The notes beneath the pieces were generated by a model. It saw nothing but the letters and a program-made list of their open reading frames with translations. It searched no databases and had not been told where the DNA came from. Below are positions 40,023 through 53,900 of a stretch of DNA of 64,000 nt, piece by piece. This stretch comes from Neocallimastix sp. 'constans'. Lineage: Eukaryota. The stretch's first letter is position 1. The number at the start of each line of letters is the position of its first letter. Position numbers and translations under genes: made by a program. The stretch spans positions 2,046,001 to 2,110,000 of the forward strand of contig JBODTK010000001.1 of the NCBI GenBank assembly GCA_050613775.1, in the 5' to 3' direction.

Positions 40023-41070
40023 AAGGATAATATTTTGTCAGAGAAAATAATTACTAAAATCAATGATTGTTTCTTCAGGATAAAAATATACTCTCCAAAT
40101 TTCAACCACGTAAAATTTTGTTAAAGTATTTGAAAAAGTAATAACAGAATTTAAAATTTCATATATAGTAAATATTATTCTAAATGGAATCATAAGGTTT
40201 CTTTTCAGCATTTTAAAACAATATTTAATATCTTATAACACATACAATAATACAAACTCAGTAAATCTCAATTCAACTAATTTAGTAAATGTTATAAATG
40301 CCAATCATGATTTCAATGCTCCAAATATATATAATTTTAATTCTCAAAATCCTTTTTCATATTCTAACACAGAAAAGTTTTCTTTTTGTTTTAGTTGGAA
40401 TACCAATGGATGGAATTCTGTGAAAAGAGATAATATTGAGTATTTCAATACGATTTTTAAACCATTATTCCTTATGTTTTCAGGATACAGGTAATGGTAC
40501 CAATGATGCTAAAAATTCATGTAAGGTAACACTCCCCAACTACAAATATTTCCAGAAAAGAATGGATCCAAATACGCTAGGTTGATCCACACACTCATTA
40601 CACAGTCCGATATGCATTCTCTGAGGTATTCGCATGACTTCAGAATCACTCTAATCATCTATCTTTTCTTCTTGAAGACTTTAACATGAGCACCGTTGAT
40701 TTACAAGATAAATTAACCAATAGTAACCTTGGTAACTGGTTTATTCTTACAATTAATGGTTCACCTATTTCATAGACAAGAGGTAGATATTCATCAGATA
40801 TTGATCATGCGTTAGTCAACTCATGTATGTTGGATAAAATATCAAGTGCTTATTTTGTTGATTATCCTTCCATATTTGATCATTCACCTCTCATAGTTTA
40901 TGTTTATTGCAAGAAAACTACAACAGATAAATCATTTTTGTCACCAAAAATAATTTGTTAGGTACGATAGATATAAATGTCTTGAATTTATGAAAGAAAT
41001 TTGTAATCATAATAAATTTGAGATTCTTAATAAAAAATTGGAAAATGGAGAACTTTCAGCAGATAGTATA
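38930..41070 (+). pseudogene. Decayed 5' portion of a LINE related to family A: probable 5' UTR, N-terminal domain and APE endonuclease; 5' boundary uncertain
   Basis: NTSLIFISDIFS*SNAKMK and DNILSEKII..NDCFFRIKI (~39880-40090) match the family A N-terminus. FCFSWNTNGWN, SSDIDHALVN and DHSPL APE motifs with stops and frameshifts. Expanded A-tract inside. Confidence 0.8.
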
Positions 41071-44000
41071 AACAATAATAATAAAGTAATAATAATAAAA
41101 TAATAATAATAATAATATATAATAATAATAATTTTTGTTTTTTTAAATTATAACAATTATTATATTTTAATTAAATAAATAAAATTATATCATTAATTTT
41201 ATCAAACTATTCTAAAAAAAAATAATAATAATAATAATAATAAATAATAATAATAATAAAAAAACTAAGTTTTATTAATTATTCAATTAAAATAATAAAT
41301 AATAAAATTATTATAAATTATAGTTAAAAAAAATTTGGAAACTAAATTTATTAATATTAATTATTAACATTTTTTTTAATATTAATTATTTTAAAGTATT
41401 TATTCACTTGTTTACTCATTTATTTATTTATTAATTAGTTATTAGGGGTTAGGGTTATTTATTTTATTCATTTATTATTAATTATTTATTATCTTTTTTT
41501 TTTTATTAAGTTTTTGTTTATTTGTTCTTTTTTTTTTTTTTTTAATATATCAATATATCAATAATACATTTTTGTAAAAGGTTATTTAACTATTTGCAAA
41601 AGTAACTACATTTTAATTCTGGTAAATTATTGTTATTTTTTTTTTTAAATTATTGTAAATAATTGAATAATTAAATTATACCCTAACCCCATTATATATA
41701 TAAAATAATAAAAAAAAAGATAATAATAATAATAAATAATAATGATAATGATAAAAATGATAAGTATGAAAATAATAATACAGATATATAATAGTTAAAA
41801 ACAAAAAAAAACTACTAATAAGATTTTAATAACAATAATTTCGGATTAAATAATAATTATCAATTTATTCATTTATTAATAATTATAAGGATTGGTCTGA
41901 ATATATATTTAATTTTAAACCATCTTTAGGCTGTTTTATAGATCTTTCAGTGACGTGACGTGACAAAAAATAATAACAGAAATAATTTTAAAAAATAAAA
42001 AAAAATTCTTTGTAACTAAAAATTTTAAATTAAACAAAATATGGTTAAAAAAAAATAATAAAATAAAATGAAATAAAATAATAAGAATAAAAATTAATGT
42101 AATTATAAATTATTAACATGAAAATATGAATACATCAAACATAATTGACTATGGTCAAAATTGAAAAAAAAAAATAATAAAAAATAAACTTAATAATAAT
42201 TATTTCAATTAATTCCATCAAATAATTTAATTTTTTTTATTAATTTTGATAAATAAATAATAACAGATAATTAAGTTTAATATATTAAAAGAAAAAAAAG
42301 GGGGTTTTATAAGATACTACTACTAGTACTTCTACTACTACTAATAGTACTAATAATATAAGAAATAGAACATAATTAATATACTTTAATTAAGAAATGT
42401 TATTAATATGGAATAATTTTTCTAAGAACATATAATATTAAATATTAGTTATACATTTTTATATGAGTTTTTACCATCTGGAGATAAAATAAAAAATATA
42501 TATAAATATATATATTTTTTTTAAATAAAATATATTAATTTTACAAAATTAGAAAGATAAAAAAATATATATTATATATATATATAATATTTTATTTTTT
42601 TTTTATAAATAAATTTATTTTTTAAAATTATGGAAACTTTTTTTTATTCAAGTATATAAAATACAAAATAGAATATTTATTAATTATATAACAATTCTAA
42701 ACTTTATATCGATTTATAAATATATTTAGAACGCAAAGGATAGGTGGAATAAGTGATATATAATATTAAAATTTAAATAAATATTAAAATCAGGATGTAG
42801 TGTTAAACTATTTCTAAAGTTTACTTTTTGGTCATAAAACTTACAATTCATTATTTTTAATACTATTATTAACCATAATAAAAGTTAAAAACTTTTTTAT
42901 ATAACGATAAAATTAAATGTTAAAATGCATGTAATTTCTATATATTTAAAAATTTTTAATTTCATCAATAAGTCATTTTGTTAAATTTTAACTTAATTAT
43001 ATAAAAAAAGGGTAAAAAAAAAAATTTTTTTTTTTTGTTACACTAAAATTATTTTAATTAGTAATAAATTAAAATATTAAAAAAAAAATTTTATAATTCT
43101 TTTTTTATGGTTATTATTTCTATTTATTTAAAATATTCCAATAAGGAATAGAATAGAATTAGTAAAATTTTAAAATTATTAAATTATTTATTTAGAATTT
43201 TGTATTTCTATAGTTGGCAGGTGTTTTTGGGAATGATTTAGTCATATTAAATAACCTTTTAAAAATAATCACTAATGTATAGAAAATACAGGACAAGCAT
43301 CCAAAAAAAAAAAAGAGGATAAATATTAGTTATGCTTATTATGTATATATATAATAATTTTTATTTTTATAATAATAATAAATAGAGATAATACATATTT
43401 GTTAATAATTATAATAATTCAATAATATTATTAATAAATTCAATAGCTCTCTAATTATAAATTTATAATAAATTTTTAATTATTTTAGTAAATATGTCAT
43501 TATGTCATTATTTTTATTTTAATAGGATTTTTTTTTTTTTTTTTAAAATACAATGAACAATATTTATTTATTATTATTAACATATATTATACTTTATAAC
43601 TTTATATAAACTCTTCCTAAATTTAATTTTAATTAGACTGATAATATTAATATAGATATAAAGAAAAGAATAAAAAAATCAATACTATTCTTGTTTAAAC
43701 AAAGAATCATTTTATATCATAAAAAAAAATACATCAGCAGATTTTTTTTATGGTCTATTATTCATAAAATTCTAACTGTCCATGTGCATTTTTGGCTTTT
43801 AATACATTTTAGTGGATATTTATAATAAAATTTAATTAAGTTTTATTTTTTATTTTTAAACAATATTTTTGAACATAAATGGATTATTAAAAATATATAT
43901 AAAAAGTTATTCTTTTATTTTATAAATAATAATATTCAAAATTATAGTATTACACTTAATAATAATAATTTTATTATTAATAATTATAATAATAATTTCT

Positions 44001-44589
44001 TATAATAATAATAATCTAAAAAATTAAATATTAATAGATATAATGTGGTTTATTGTATATTTTTAACATATAAAATTTTTTTATCCAAAAAAGGAAAAAA
44101 TTGAAGTGTGTATTCTTTAAAATTAATATATAAAAAGTTCCTACAAAATGTATTTAATAATGTAAGGATTAAATATTTTAAGTTATTAAAATTCGAAGAT
44201 TTAATAACAATTAATTAATTTTAATAAAAGTTAAATAATCCTAATTCTATTTATAAATTTATTTTATTAAAAATTTATAGAATATGTTATCAGATCAATA
44301 TTTTTGAAATAAAATATATAAATAAAAGAACCCCCTTTTTTATATATTATTGATTCAAAAATACTTTAATGATCCCTATTTTTAATTTTAAATATCTCAA
44401 AGCCTATTAATGTATACACTTTTCATTACCAAATTTATGTTAAAATTCTTAGTTTCTTACAATTAATAATTCATAATTGAATTTAGAACCAGTAAATCTA
44501 ACCTTTACAATATTAATAATAGTAAATATAAAATTTAAAATTCACTTCCTTTTTTTTTTTTTATTTTTCTTTTTTTATTTTTCTTTTTT

Positions 44590-44620
<31 letters not shown>

Positions 44621-47600
44621 AGCAATACAACTTTATTTAAATTTTTATTTAAATTACTTTCATATTTTTATTTATATTAAATTTAGAGAATGTATATATA
44701 ATTTGATTTTTATCTAGAATAATAATGTTATTATTAAATATAATTACAATATATCATTTTTCTATTTTTTTGTATTAATTTTCAATTACTATTTTTATGG
44801 CTATTTAAAGCGTGATTTTTGTTTTGCGGTCATTTTTTCCTGTATTTCAACGAAGATTTCACAAACATTATTAATTTTTATCACTATAAGTATTAATTAT
44901 TTTATTACTAAAATATACTATATATAATTTATAATAATTTAAAGATTTAATTTTACATTAGATTTTTTTTATAATATGTATAAGCCACAATTAATATTAT
45001 CCAATCATTATAATTTTATTAATCAAAAATTATTTGGTTGATACATCCAAAATGTTTATTGGCTTTTTATCAATATTATTGATATATTTGTATTATAAAT
45101 ATTTATTGAATAATAAATTAATAAAATACATACTAAAAAAAATAAATATATTGTATATTATGTAAAATGTTAAAAAAATAATTATTATTTTGTAAGAATT
45201 GATTTATTAAAATTTTATAATATATGATATATATTTTTTCTATTTATAAACCTTTAAATTATAGTAGAGTACTTGCTAAAATATAAATATATTAACTTTG
45301 GATAATATATATATGATTTAATATGTTCTTTTGTCTTTTTATAAATTGATTAAAATTTGATCAGTTAGAAACCTTCCATGTTAATACAAAATAGTTTATA
45401 TCTATTTTTTCATTTAGCTTTAATTAATTTACATACTATTTAATTATTTAATTAACTTATTGTCTAAAGTTTAATATGTTCTTTAATAATAATGATGTTA
45501 ATATATATATTTGTAGTAATTTATTTTGTGAATAAAGTATTATCACTTAATCATAATTATAAAATATATAAAGATGTATCATCATATATGATTAAATCAT
45601 ATTTATTTTTATATATTATTTTTTATTCTAATAATCCGTTCAATACATATCAGTATTGTATCATTACTAATTATTATTTATATGAATAATGTAAAAGTAA
45701 ATATACAGATACAATTAGGTATACAATTTATAGTAGTTGAATAAGTTTACTTTTATCGATCTTTATATTATTTAAAATGTATATATGTATGTTTATTTTA
45801 TTCATTGAATATAATAATAAAAATATTCATAATTATTTAATAGTATTAATAATAGTATTTTTAATAGTAATAGTAATAATAATGAACTATAGTAATTCGT
45901 TAAATTAATGCTATTTCAAAAATAAAAAAAAAAAACTTAAAAATTATAGAATAGAATGTAAAAGAAAAAAATAATAACCAAATATTAAAGTATATTGTAA
46001 TATATGTAATTGAATTTAAATAAAACTATTATGAAAGATAATTCTATTACTTATATAATTTATATTATTATTTTAAGAACAAATATTTAATAGAAAATAA
46101 AAATAATATATATATCAATAATATTTAATAATATTATTGATATATATAATATAAAAATAATACAAACTTTTGTTTTATTGTTTTTTATATTTAATAAATA
46201 AAATTAAAGCTTTTTAAGTTTTTTGTCTTTATTTATTAACTGCTATTTATAATATTTTAAAAATATATTTTATAATATATTTAATACATATTAAGATATT
46301 ACGTATAATTATTAAATAATATAATATATTTATAATATATTAACATTAAAATATTGTAATAATAAATAAATTGTTAATTTATTTTATGTATTATTCACCA
46401 ATTTAAATTTCATTTAAATATAAATAGTAATTAACCTTGTATTAAAATAATATTAAGATTAATTAATATTAATATCAAGCTTAATTTTTATTAATTTTTT
46501 ATATATTACATTATATTAGGCAATATTATAAAAATATATTTTAATTATACAATTTAATAAAAGAGGATAATCCATGTTATATTAAAAATTAAATATATCA
46601 AATTGTGATTTATAAATAACTTTTAATATAATAAATAATAAATAATAAATAATACCATAATACATAATAAATAATAAAATAATTAATAATACATAATAAA
46701 TGATAATATAGTGAAATAATAAATAATAAGCAAATGAATATTTGAACATAAAAATAACAATAAAAGAAAGTCAATTATCACAACTATTATAAAACACTTC
46801 GATTTTTTATAGTATGAATAAAGATATATATTTTCTTTTTTTGATAATTTGAATTTCTGATTTTTATTTTATTTTGATTTTAAATATTTTTTTAGAGGTC
46901 TTAAAAATATATATTACAATTTATTTTTCTTATAAAAAAAATTAACTAAAAAAAAAAAATTATAAATATTATGATAAATATCGAATTTAAATTATTATTT
47001 ATTTATTTATTTATTATTAATTTTAATAAATAATTGAATTAGGAAAATTATTTAAATTCAGGCTATTTTTTATTTTACATAACTATGAAAAAAATTGATG
47101 CCTAGAAACAATAATAATAAATATTAATAATATAAATATCGACAATAATGTCAGTAATATAAAAAATTAGTTTCATATTTTGTAAAATATATACGATAAG
47201 TCTGCTTATTTATATTATTTATGTATATATTTTATTGATAAATTGATTAATAAATAATAGTTTTAATATATATAAAAAATTTTTTTTTAGAGAAAAATTT
47301 AAAAAAAAAAAAAAATAAAAAAGACATATACTATCTTTTATATTACTTAATAAATAAAAATGCTTTATAAAATGATTATAATATTGAATAAACGACTATA
47401 ATAAATATTAACAAACACTTTACATGATTATTTTTATTTTTATTATTATTTATATTTTTAATTATTTATATATAGCACTTTTTATTGTTTATTATTTTTT
47501 ATGTATTTAATTATTTGTTACGTATAATCTGACTATATTGTATATAATATACAAAAAAATCTTTTTTACTATATGAAAAAAAAATATATAAAAATAATAT

Positions 47601-48028
47601 GAACAAAATAAATAAATAATAAATAATGAATGATAAATATATAAATAAAATTTTTAATAAAAAAGTTTTTTAAAATAAAATAAATAATTTAATATAAAGA
47701 GTTTATTTCCTATATTAATTATATCAATAATATATTGAAATAATATTAATATATTTGAATAAAAAATTAATTTTTTTATTTTCCAATAACATTATTATGA
47801 TATAATTCAATTTATATTATAATATATTATAAACTTAAACAATTATACTATTAATAAATTAATAAAATTATTAAAATATAAAAAAAAATTTTTATTAGGT
47901 TTAGAAATTTATTGAATAAATATTTTTTTCAGTTAAAAAAAAAACATCTTTAACTGTTTTAATTTTTTTTTTTCACAAAATAATCAAGAACAACAAAAAG
48001 TTTTAAAAAATAAAATAAAAAAAGAGAA

Positions 48029-49666
48029 ATGGCTGACGGTATGAATAAAAAAGCATATAATATTATAATAATTTAAATATATATTTGTAAGAGATGTAAT
48101 AGGAAGTGTTTAGAAATATTTAAATAAAGTATTTTGTGAAAAATAAACAAAAGAAAATTAGAAATAGATTAATGAGCAATGTAAATAAGTTGATCCAATG
48201 TAAATAAGATAGTGTAGAAAATAAAAGAGTAAGATAATATTTAATAAATATATATAAAGAAATTAAAAGTTTTAGTAATAAAAAAGATTTGAATAATTTG
48301 GAGTAAATTGGAAGATACATCTTTTTAATTTTAAAGTTAAGACATGATAAACAGATTGTTATATATCTATAATAAATATAAAATTGAAATAAATAAAGGA
48401 AAATATTTGAAATTAAATAGTAAAAAAAAAAGCATTGAAACCGAAAAATGTGAATTAAAGGAAAATAAACACAAAGTTTTTTTTGATCAATAAGGAATAT
48501 TGATTTTAAAACGGAAAAATAAAAGTAATAACAAAAATATATTTATGAAAGATCAAAAGCATTAAGTTTTTATTTTTTTCAATATTTATAATTAATGCCT
48601 AGGAGACAGAGAACATCAAGTTTACATGGCTAAATTAGCCGAACAAGCTGAAAGATACGATGGTAAATATTATTTAAATAAAAATAATATAAATTTATTG
48701 AAAAAATAAAGTAATATGAAATTAATGATCAATTTATTAAATAAATTATATTAAATAGAAATGGTTCAATACATGAAGGCAAGTATATAAAAAAATAAAC
48801 ACTATAGTAATAATATATTTAAAATTAGTAACTAATAGATAGGGTGAATATGGGATCTAATAATTATTAATATATCGTTTAATATGGCTTATATAGGAAG
48901 TTGCTAAGGTAAATATTTGAAAAAAAATATAGTATAATATAACAAAAGCGAATTAATAATAAATGTTTTAATTATATGTAAAAATAAATAGCTTGGTCTT
49001 GAACTTTCTGTTGAAGAACGTAATCTTCTCTCCGTCGCTTACAAGAACGTTATTGGTGCTCGTCGTGCTTCTTGGAGAATTGTTTCTTCCATTGAACAAA
49101 AGGAAGAAAGCAAAGGTAACGAAGCTCAAGTTAACCAAATCAGAGCTTACCGTCAAACCATTGAAAACGAACTTACTGAAGTTTGTTCAGATATCTTAAA
49201 CGTTTTAGATGAACACCTTATTCCATCTGCTGCTGCTGGTGAATCAAAGGTCTTCTACTACAAGATGAAGGGTGATTATCACCGTTACCTTGCTGAATTC
49301 GCTGTTGGTGAAAAGCGTAAGGAAGCTGCTACTCAAGCTCACGATGCTTACAAGAGCGCTACTGAAATTGCTCAAACTGAACTTGCTCCAACTCACCCAA
49401 TCCGTTTAGGTCTTGCTCTTAACTTCTCTGTATTCTACTACGAAATTTTAAGTTCACCAGACAGAGCTTGTCATCTCGCTAAGCAAGCCTTCGATGATGC
49501 TATTGCTGAACTCGATACTTTAAGTGAAGAATCATACAAGGACAGTACTTTAATTATGCAATTACTTCGTGATAACTTAACTCTTTGGACTTCTGACCTT
49601 CAAGAAGGTAAGGACGACGAAAAGGCCGAAGCTAAGCCAGCTGCCGAAAACGAAGAAGCTAAATAG
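48029..49666 (+). CDS. 14-3-3 protein (BMH/Rad24 type). Exons 48029-48038, 48603-48662, 48759-48778, 48897-48908, 48992-49666.
   Basis: Spliced [97 protein letters not shown]. Strongly biased codons. Confidence 0.97.
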
Positions 49667-50218
49667 ATGAATATCTTTTTTTTTATTTTAAAAAATTAAA
49701 TAAAGTATTGAAGAATTTTTAGATACCTCAATTTTAATTAAAATAAAGTAACAATTAAAAAAAAAAGAAAAAAAAGACAAAAAAATTGATTTTTTCTTTT
49801 AAATTTTATAATATTCTTTTTTTTGTTTTTTAATTAAAGTAAAATTATGAATATTATGAAAAGAAATAGTGAATTTTTTTTTAAATTATAAATAATATTT
49901 TATAATAATAAAGAATAAATAAAATAAACATTTAAAAATAATAATAAAAGAAAGAAAAAAATCAAATAAAAAAATAAAAAAAAAAAAAAATCAAAACAAA
50001 AATCAAATAACATTCAAAACAAATAAAATAAAATAAAAACATAATATAAAAAAAATATAAAAAAGTTTTCCTATTTTAAACTAAAAGAAAAAAAAAGTCA
50101 TCCATTTTTTTTATAAATTTTAAAAATATTATATATTTATAAATAAAAAAATTTGTATTTATAATAATATAAAAATTTTTATTATTTTTTTTTTCATTCC
50201 AAAAAATATAAATAAAAA

Positions 50219-50257
<39 letters not shown>

Positions 50258-50448
50258 AAATGAAATAGTGTAATATATTTATTTTTTTATATTTACAATT
50301 AAAATGAGAAAAAGGTATTTTAATTTTATAAATTTGTTTTTTATTACCTTTTTTTTTTTTTTATATTTTCCTGCTGTCCTAGTTGGTTATTTTAACATGT
50401 CATTAAAGAAGATCAAAACATACATTTCAAATAATTTTCCTAATTGGT

Positions 50449-50915
50449 CAGATTCAAGTCAAAATTCAAATTCAAGTTCAAATACAGATTCATGTTCAAG
50501 TTCAAGTACAAGCTCAAGTTCAAGTTCAAGTACAAGTTCAAGTACAAGCTCAAGTTCAAGTTCAAGTACAAGTTTAAGTACAAGTTCAAGTACAGGTTCA
50601 AGTCCAAGTTCAAGTCCAAGTTCAAGTACAATTTCAAGTTCAAGTTCAAGTACAAGTTCAAGTACAAGTTCAAGTTCCAGTTCAAGTTCAAGTACAAGTT
50701 CAAGTTCAATTTCAAATTTATGTTTAAATTCAGTTTCAAGCTCAGATTCAAATTCAAATTTCAGTTCAATCAATTATAATAATTCCAATAATATTAATAA
50801 CACTCATATTAATAATAATACAGTTAAAGAATTTTCTCTATGTGTCAGTTGGAATACTAATGGATGGAACTTTGATAAAAAAGACAGTGTTGAATTCTTT
50901 ATTTCAATGTACAAA
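50449..50915 (+). mobile_element. Internal family A fragment (Ser-repeat linker and start of APE) attached 5' of the full-length copy
   Basis: Near-duplicate of 51999-52417 with a hexamer array 48 bp longer. Lies inside the same TSD as the full-length element. Confidence 0.9.
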
Positions 50916-53900
50916 TCCCCGAGCAGGGGTGTACTCGATTTATGTATTTAAATCGCCTGCAAGGGGAATTAACTTTACTCTTATAAAGTAGATCCACAGT
51001 ACTGGTGCAAAATAGTAGTAAAGTTATATTTTGTGTTAATTAATAACATTATGCGCAATGGTAATGTTATTGGTAAAATTTTTCTGGTGAACACTCACTG
51101 CGGAATATAATGGTGCATTTTTGGAACATTGTTAAATAAGTTACACCCAAGAATTAGTAATACATTTTTATTGTATTTCTATTTTCATGTAGTATTACTA
51201 TTCTCATGTAAGAATCTATTGTATTCAATTGTATTTCAACTTTATATTTCATGTATCACGTTGTAAGAGATTGATTCACTCTAAATCTTGTAGTAATTTA
51301 TTTAACTCTTTACTAATTTTGTGCCATTTTATTTCATCAATTCAATCTTAGTCATTAAATACTTTATGATATTCAATTTAAATAATATACTGAAAAAAGT
51401 GCTAAATCAAATTATTTTTCAATCATTCAACAAACTACTAATTATCGAAATTATTTACTCCAAAAAGATATAAAATTATTACAATTCTCATTATACTCAA
51501 GACTTTATAATTAAAATTGACTTTTTTTTTATTTTTTTTTTTTAGTTATTAATTTTTAGTTTTTTATTACTATTATGGAAATCCAATTTATAAGAAATAA
51601 GAATTTCATTCTAAGAGGTTCAAGGTGCCACGGTATACCAATGGAGAATACGAAACTACTCTTTATCCGCGGACTTCGATCTTGGCCAGAAATCAAAATG
51701 AGAAGACATTTAAAGAAAACTCTGAATGAATTAAATGATAAGGTTTTATCAGTTAAACGTATTGCTAATTTTAATGATGCATTCTTTAAAATTAAAATAG
51801 TAGGTAATGAAGAAGAATTAACATCTATTACTGATTGTATTGTTAATAGTTTCAAACGTGCTTCAATTAACGTTATTAATTGTAGCAAAAGGAATCATAA
51901 ATACAGTTTTTCTTCACTCAAAAGGAAACATTTTGCCTTATCAGAAAAAGTGAATTCATCTTATAATATCAACTTATTCACTACTTCAAATTCAAATGCA
52001 GATTCAAGTCAAAATTCAAATTCAAGTTCAAATACAGATTCATGTTCAAGTTCAAGTACAAGCTCAAGTTCAAGTTCAAGTTCAAGTTCAAGTACAAGCT
52101 CAAGTTCAAGTTCAAGTACAAGTTTAAGTACAAGTTCAAGTACAGGTTCAAGTTCAAGTTCAAGTACAAGTTCAAGTTCAAGTTCAAGTTCAAGTACAAG
52201 TTCAAGTTCAATTTCAAATTTATGTTTAAATTCAGTTTCAAGCTCAGATTCAAATTCAAATTTCAGTTCAATCAATTATAATAATTCCAATAATATTAAT
52301 AACACTCATATTAATAATAATACAGTTAAAGAATTTTCTCTATGTGTCAGTTGGAATACTAATGGATGGAACTTTGATAAAAAAGACAGTGTTGAATTCT
52401 TTATTTCAATGTACAAACCACTTTTCTTATGCTTTCAGGAAACAGGAAATGGTTCAGGTTCTAGCAGTAAATATCCATGTCGAGTATCATTAAAAAACTA
52501 CAAACATTTCTTCAAAAAAGCTAATAATGAAATTCCCGGTAAAAGAGGTCTTTATATTGGGTTTCATAATTCTTGTCAAGCCTCTCTTGAAAACAACACT
52601 TATAAGTATATTATTTCCTTGTATACTTATAATTTTTGGAATTTCACTAAATGTTCTATTGGTAATGTGTACGTACCTCATAGTGGCCATAGCCTTCATG
52701 CTAGAGCTGCTAGAATTGAAATATTGTCTTGGTTAAATAGTCACTCTTCTCATCCTTCAATGTTGGTTGGTGATTTTAATTTACCTACTGAGAAATTAAG
52801 TAATTTGCTCTCTAAATTTAGTAATTGGAAAATTCTTCCCTTATGGGGCTCCCCAATTTCATGGAGTAGAGGTAATAGAGAATCTGATATAGATCATGCG
52901 ATTGTCAATGATCATATGTTAGATTTACTTTCATATGGTACTTTTATTGACTTTCCCCCCATTTCGGATCATAAACCTTTATTAATAAAAGGTAAATGTT
53001 TTTCATCAGTTAATTCAGATTATTCTTTCTCTCTGCCTAAAAAGACAGTTAAATGGGATAGATTAAAATGTATAAATGAAAAAGAATCAATTTTTGACAA
53101 CAACTATTTTAGTATATTAGAGGAAGTGATTCCAGATCCTAATATTAGTATTGATGATATTTCAAAGAAATTTATTTCAACTTCATTCAATATTGCTAAG
53201 GAACTTAATATCACGTCAATTTCAGAAGTTCGAAAATCTTTTTTTCATATGTCGCAGAAAATATTTAATTTGCAAAAACTCAAAATGAAATTATATAAAT
53301 CCATTAAAAGAAGAGGTTCTTATCATAATTTAGATGAATTTGAAGAATTAATTGATAAATATAATAGAATGTGCAAAATTATTCATCATATGTGTAATAT
53401 TTATAGGAAAACTGAATACCAACATTGGATTAATACAGGATGTGAATATATGAAATCTCATAACCCTAAAAAAGCTTGGAAATGGCTTAAAACAACAGCA
53501 AAAGTAGATAAATTTAAAAATATGTCAAATTCTCCAGTAAAGGACAAAAATGGTAAACTAGCTACTTCTACTAAAGAACAGTTAGAAGTATGGCACAATC
53601 ACTATAAAAAACTTGCTTCAAGCCATTCTGATATCAATAGTGCATTAATCGAATGGTATAATAAATTTTCCAATGGAACATTTAGGTATACGAGACACAA
53701 TGAATGGGATATAAATCAAGACATCAGTATAGAAGAAATTAGAGAAGCAATTTTGGCTACTCCAAATTTTAAAGCTTCAGGCCCGGATGGAATTCCTATT
53801 GAATTTTATAAAGCTTTAATTCCTCCGGATGACGAAAATTCAGTAAATAATTCTTCTTCTGGTTTAAATTGTTTACAGAAGATATACTCAAGAATTTGGA

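Noticed and set aside
42000..48000. Possible hidden exons or ncRNA in the long intergenic region, including ORFs at 44477 and 45492
   Set aside because: Low-complexity AT sequence. I could not build a consistent spliced frame or structure.
50304..50951. 215-aa ORF resembling a secreted Ser-rich protein
   Set aside because: Chance in-frame chimera of a T-tract, the LINE B fragment and the appended LINE A fragment
50440..52281. (FK)n, (LE)n and (LN)n ORFs, also at 60754-60948
   Set aside because: Alternative frames of the AGTTCA hexamer array
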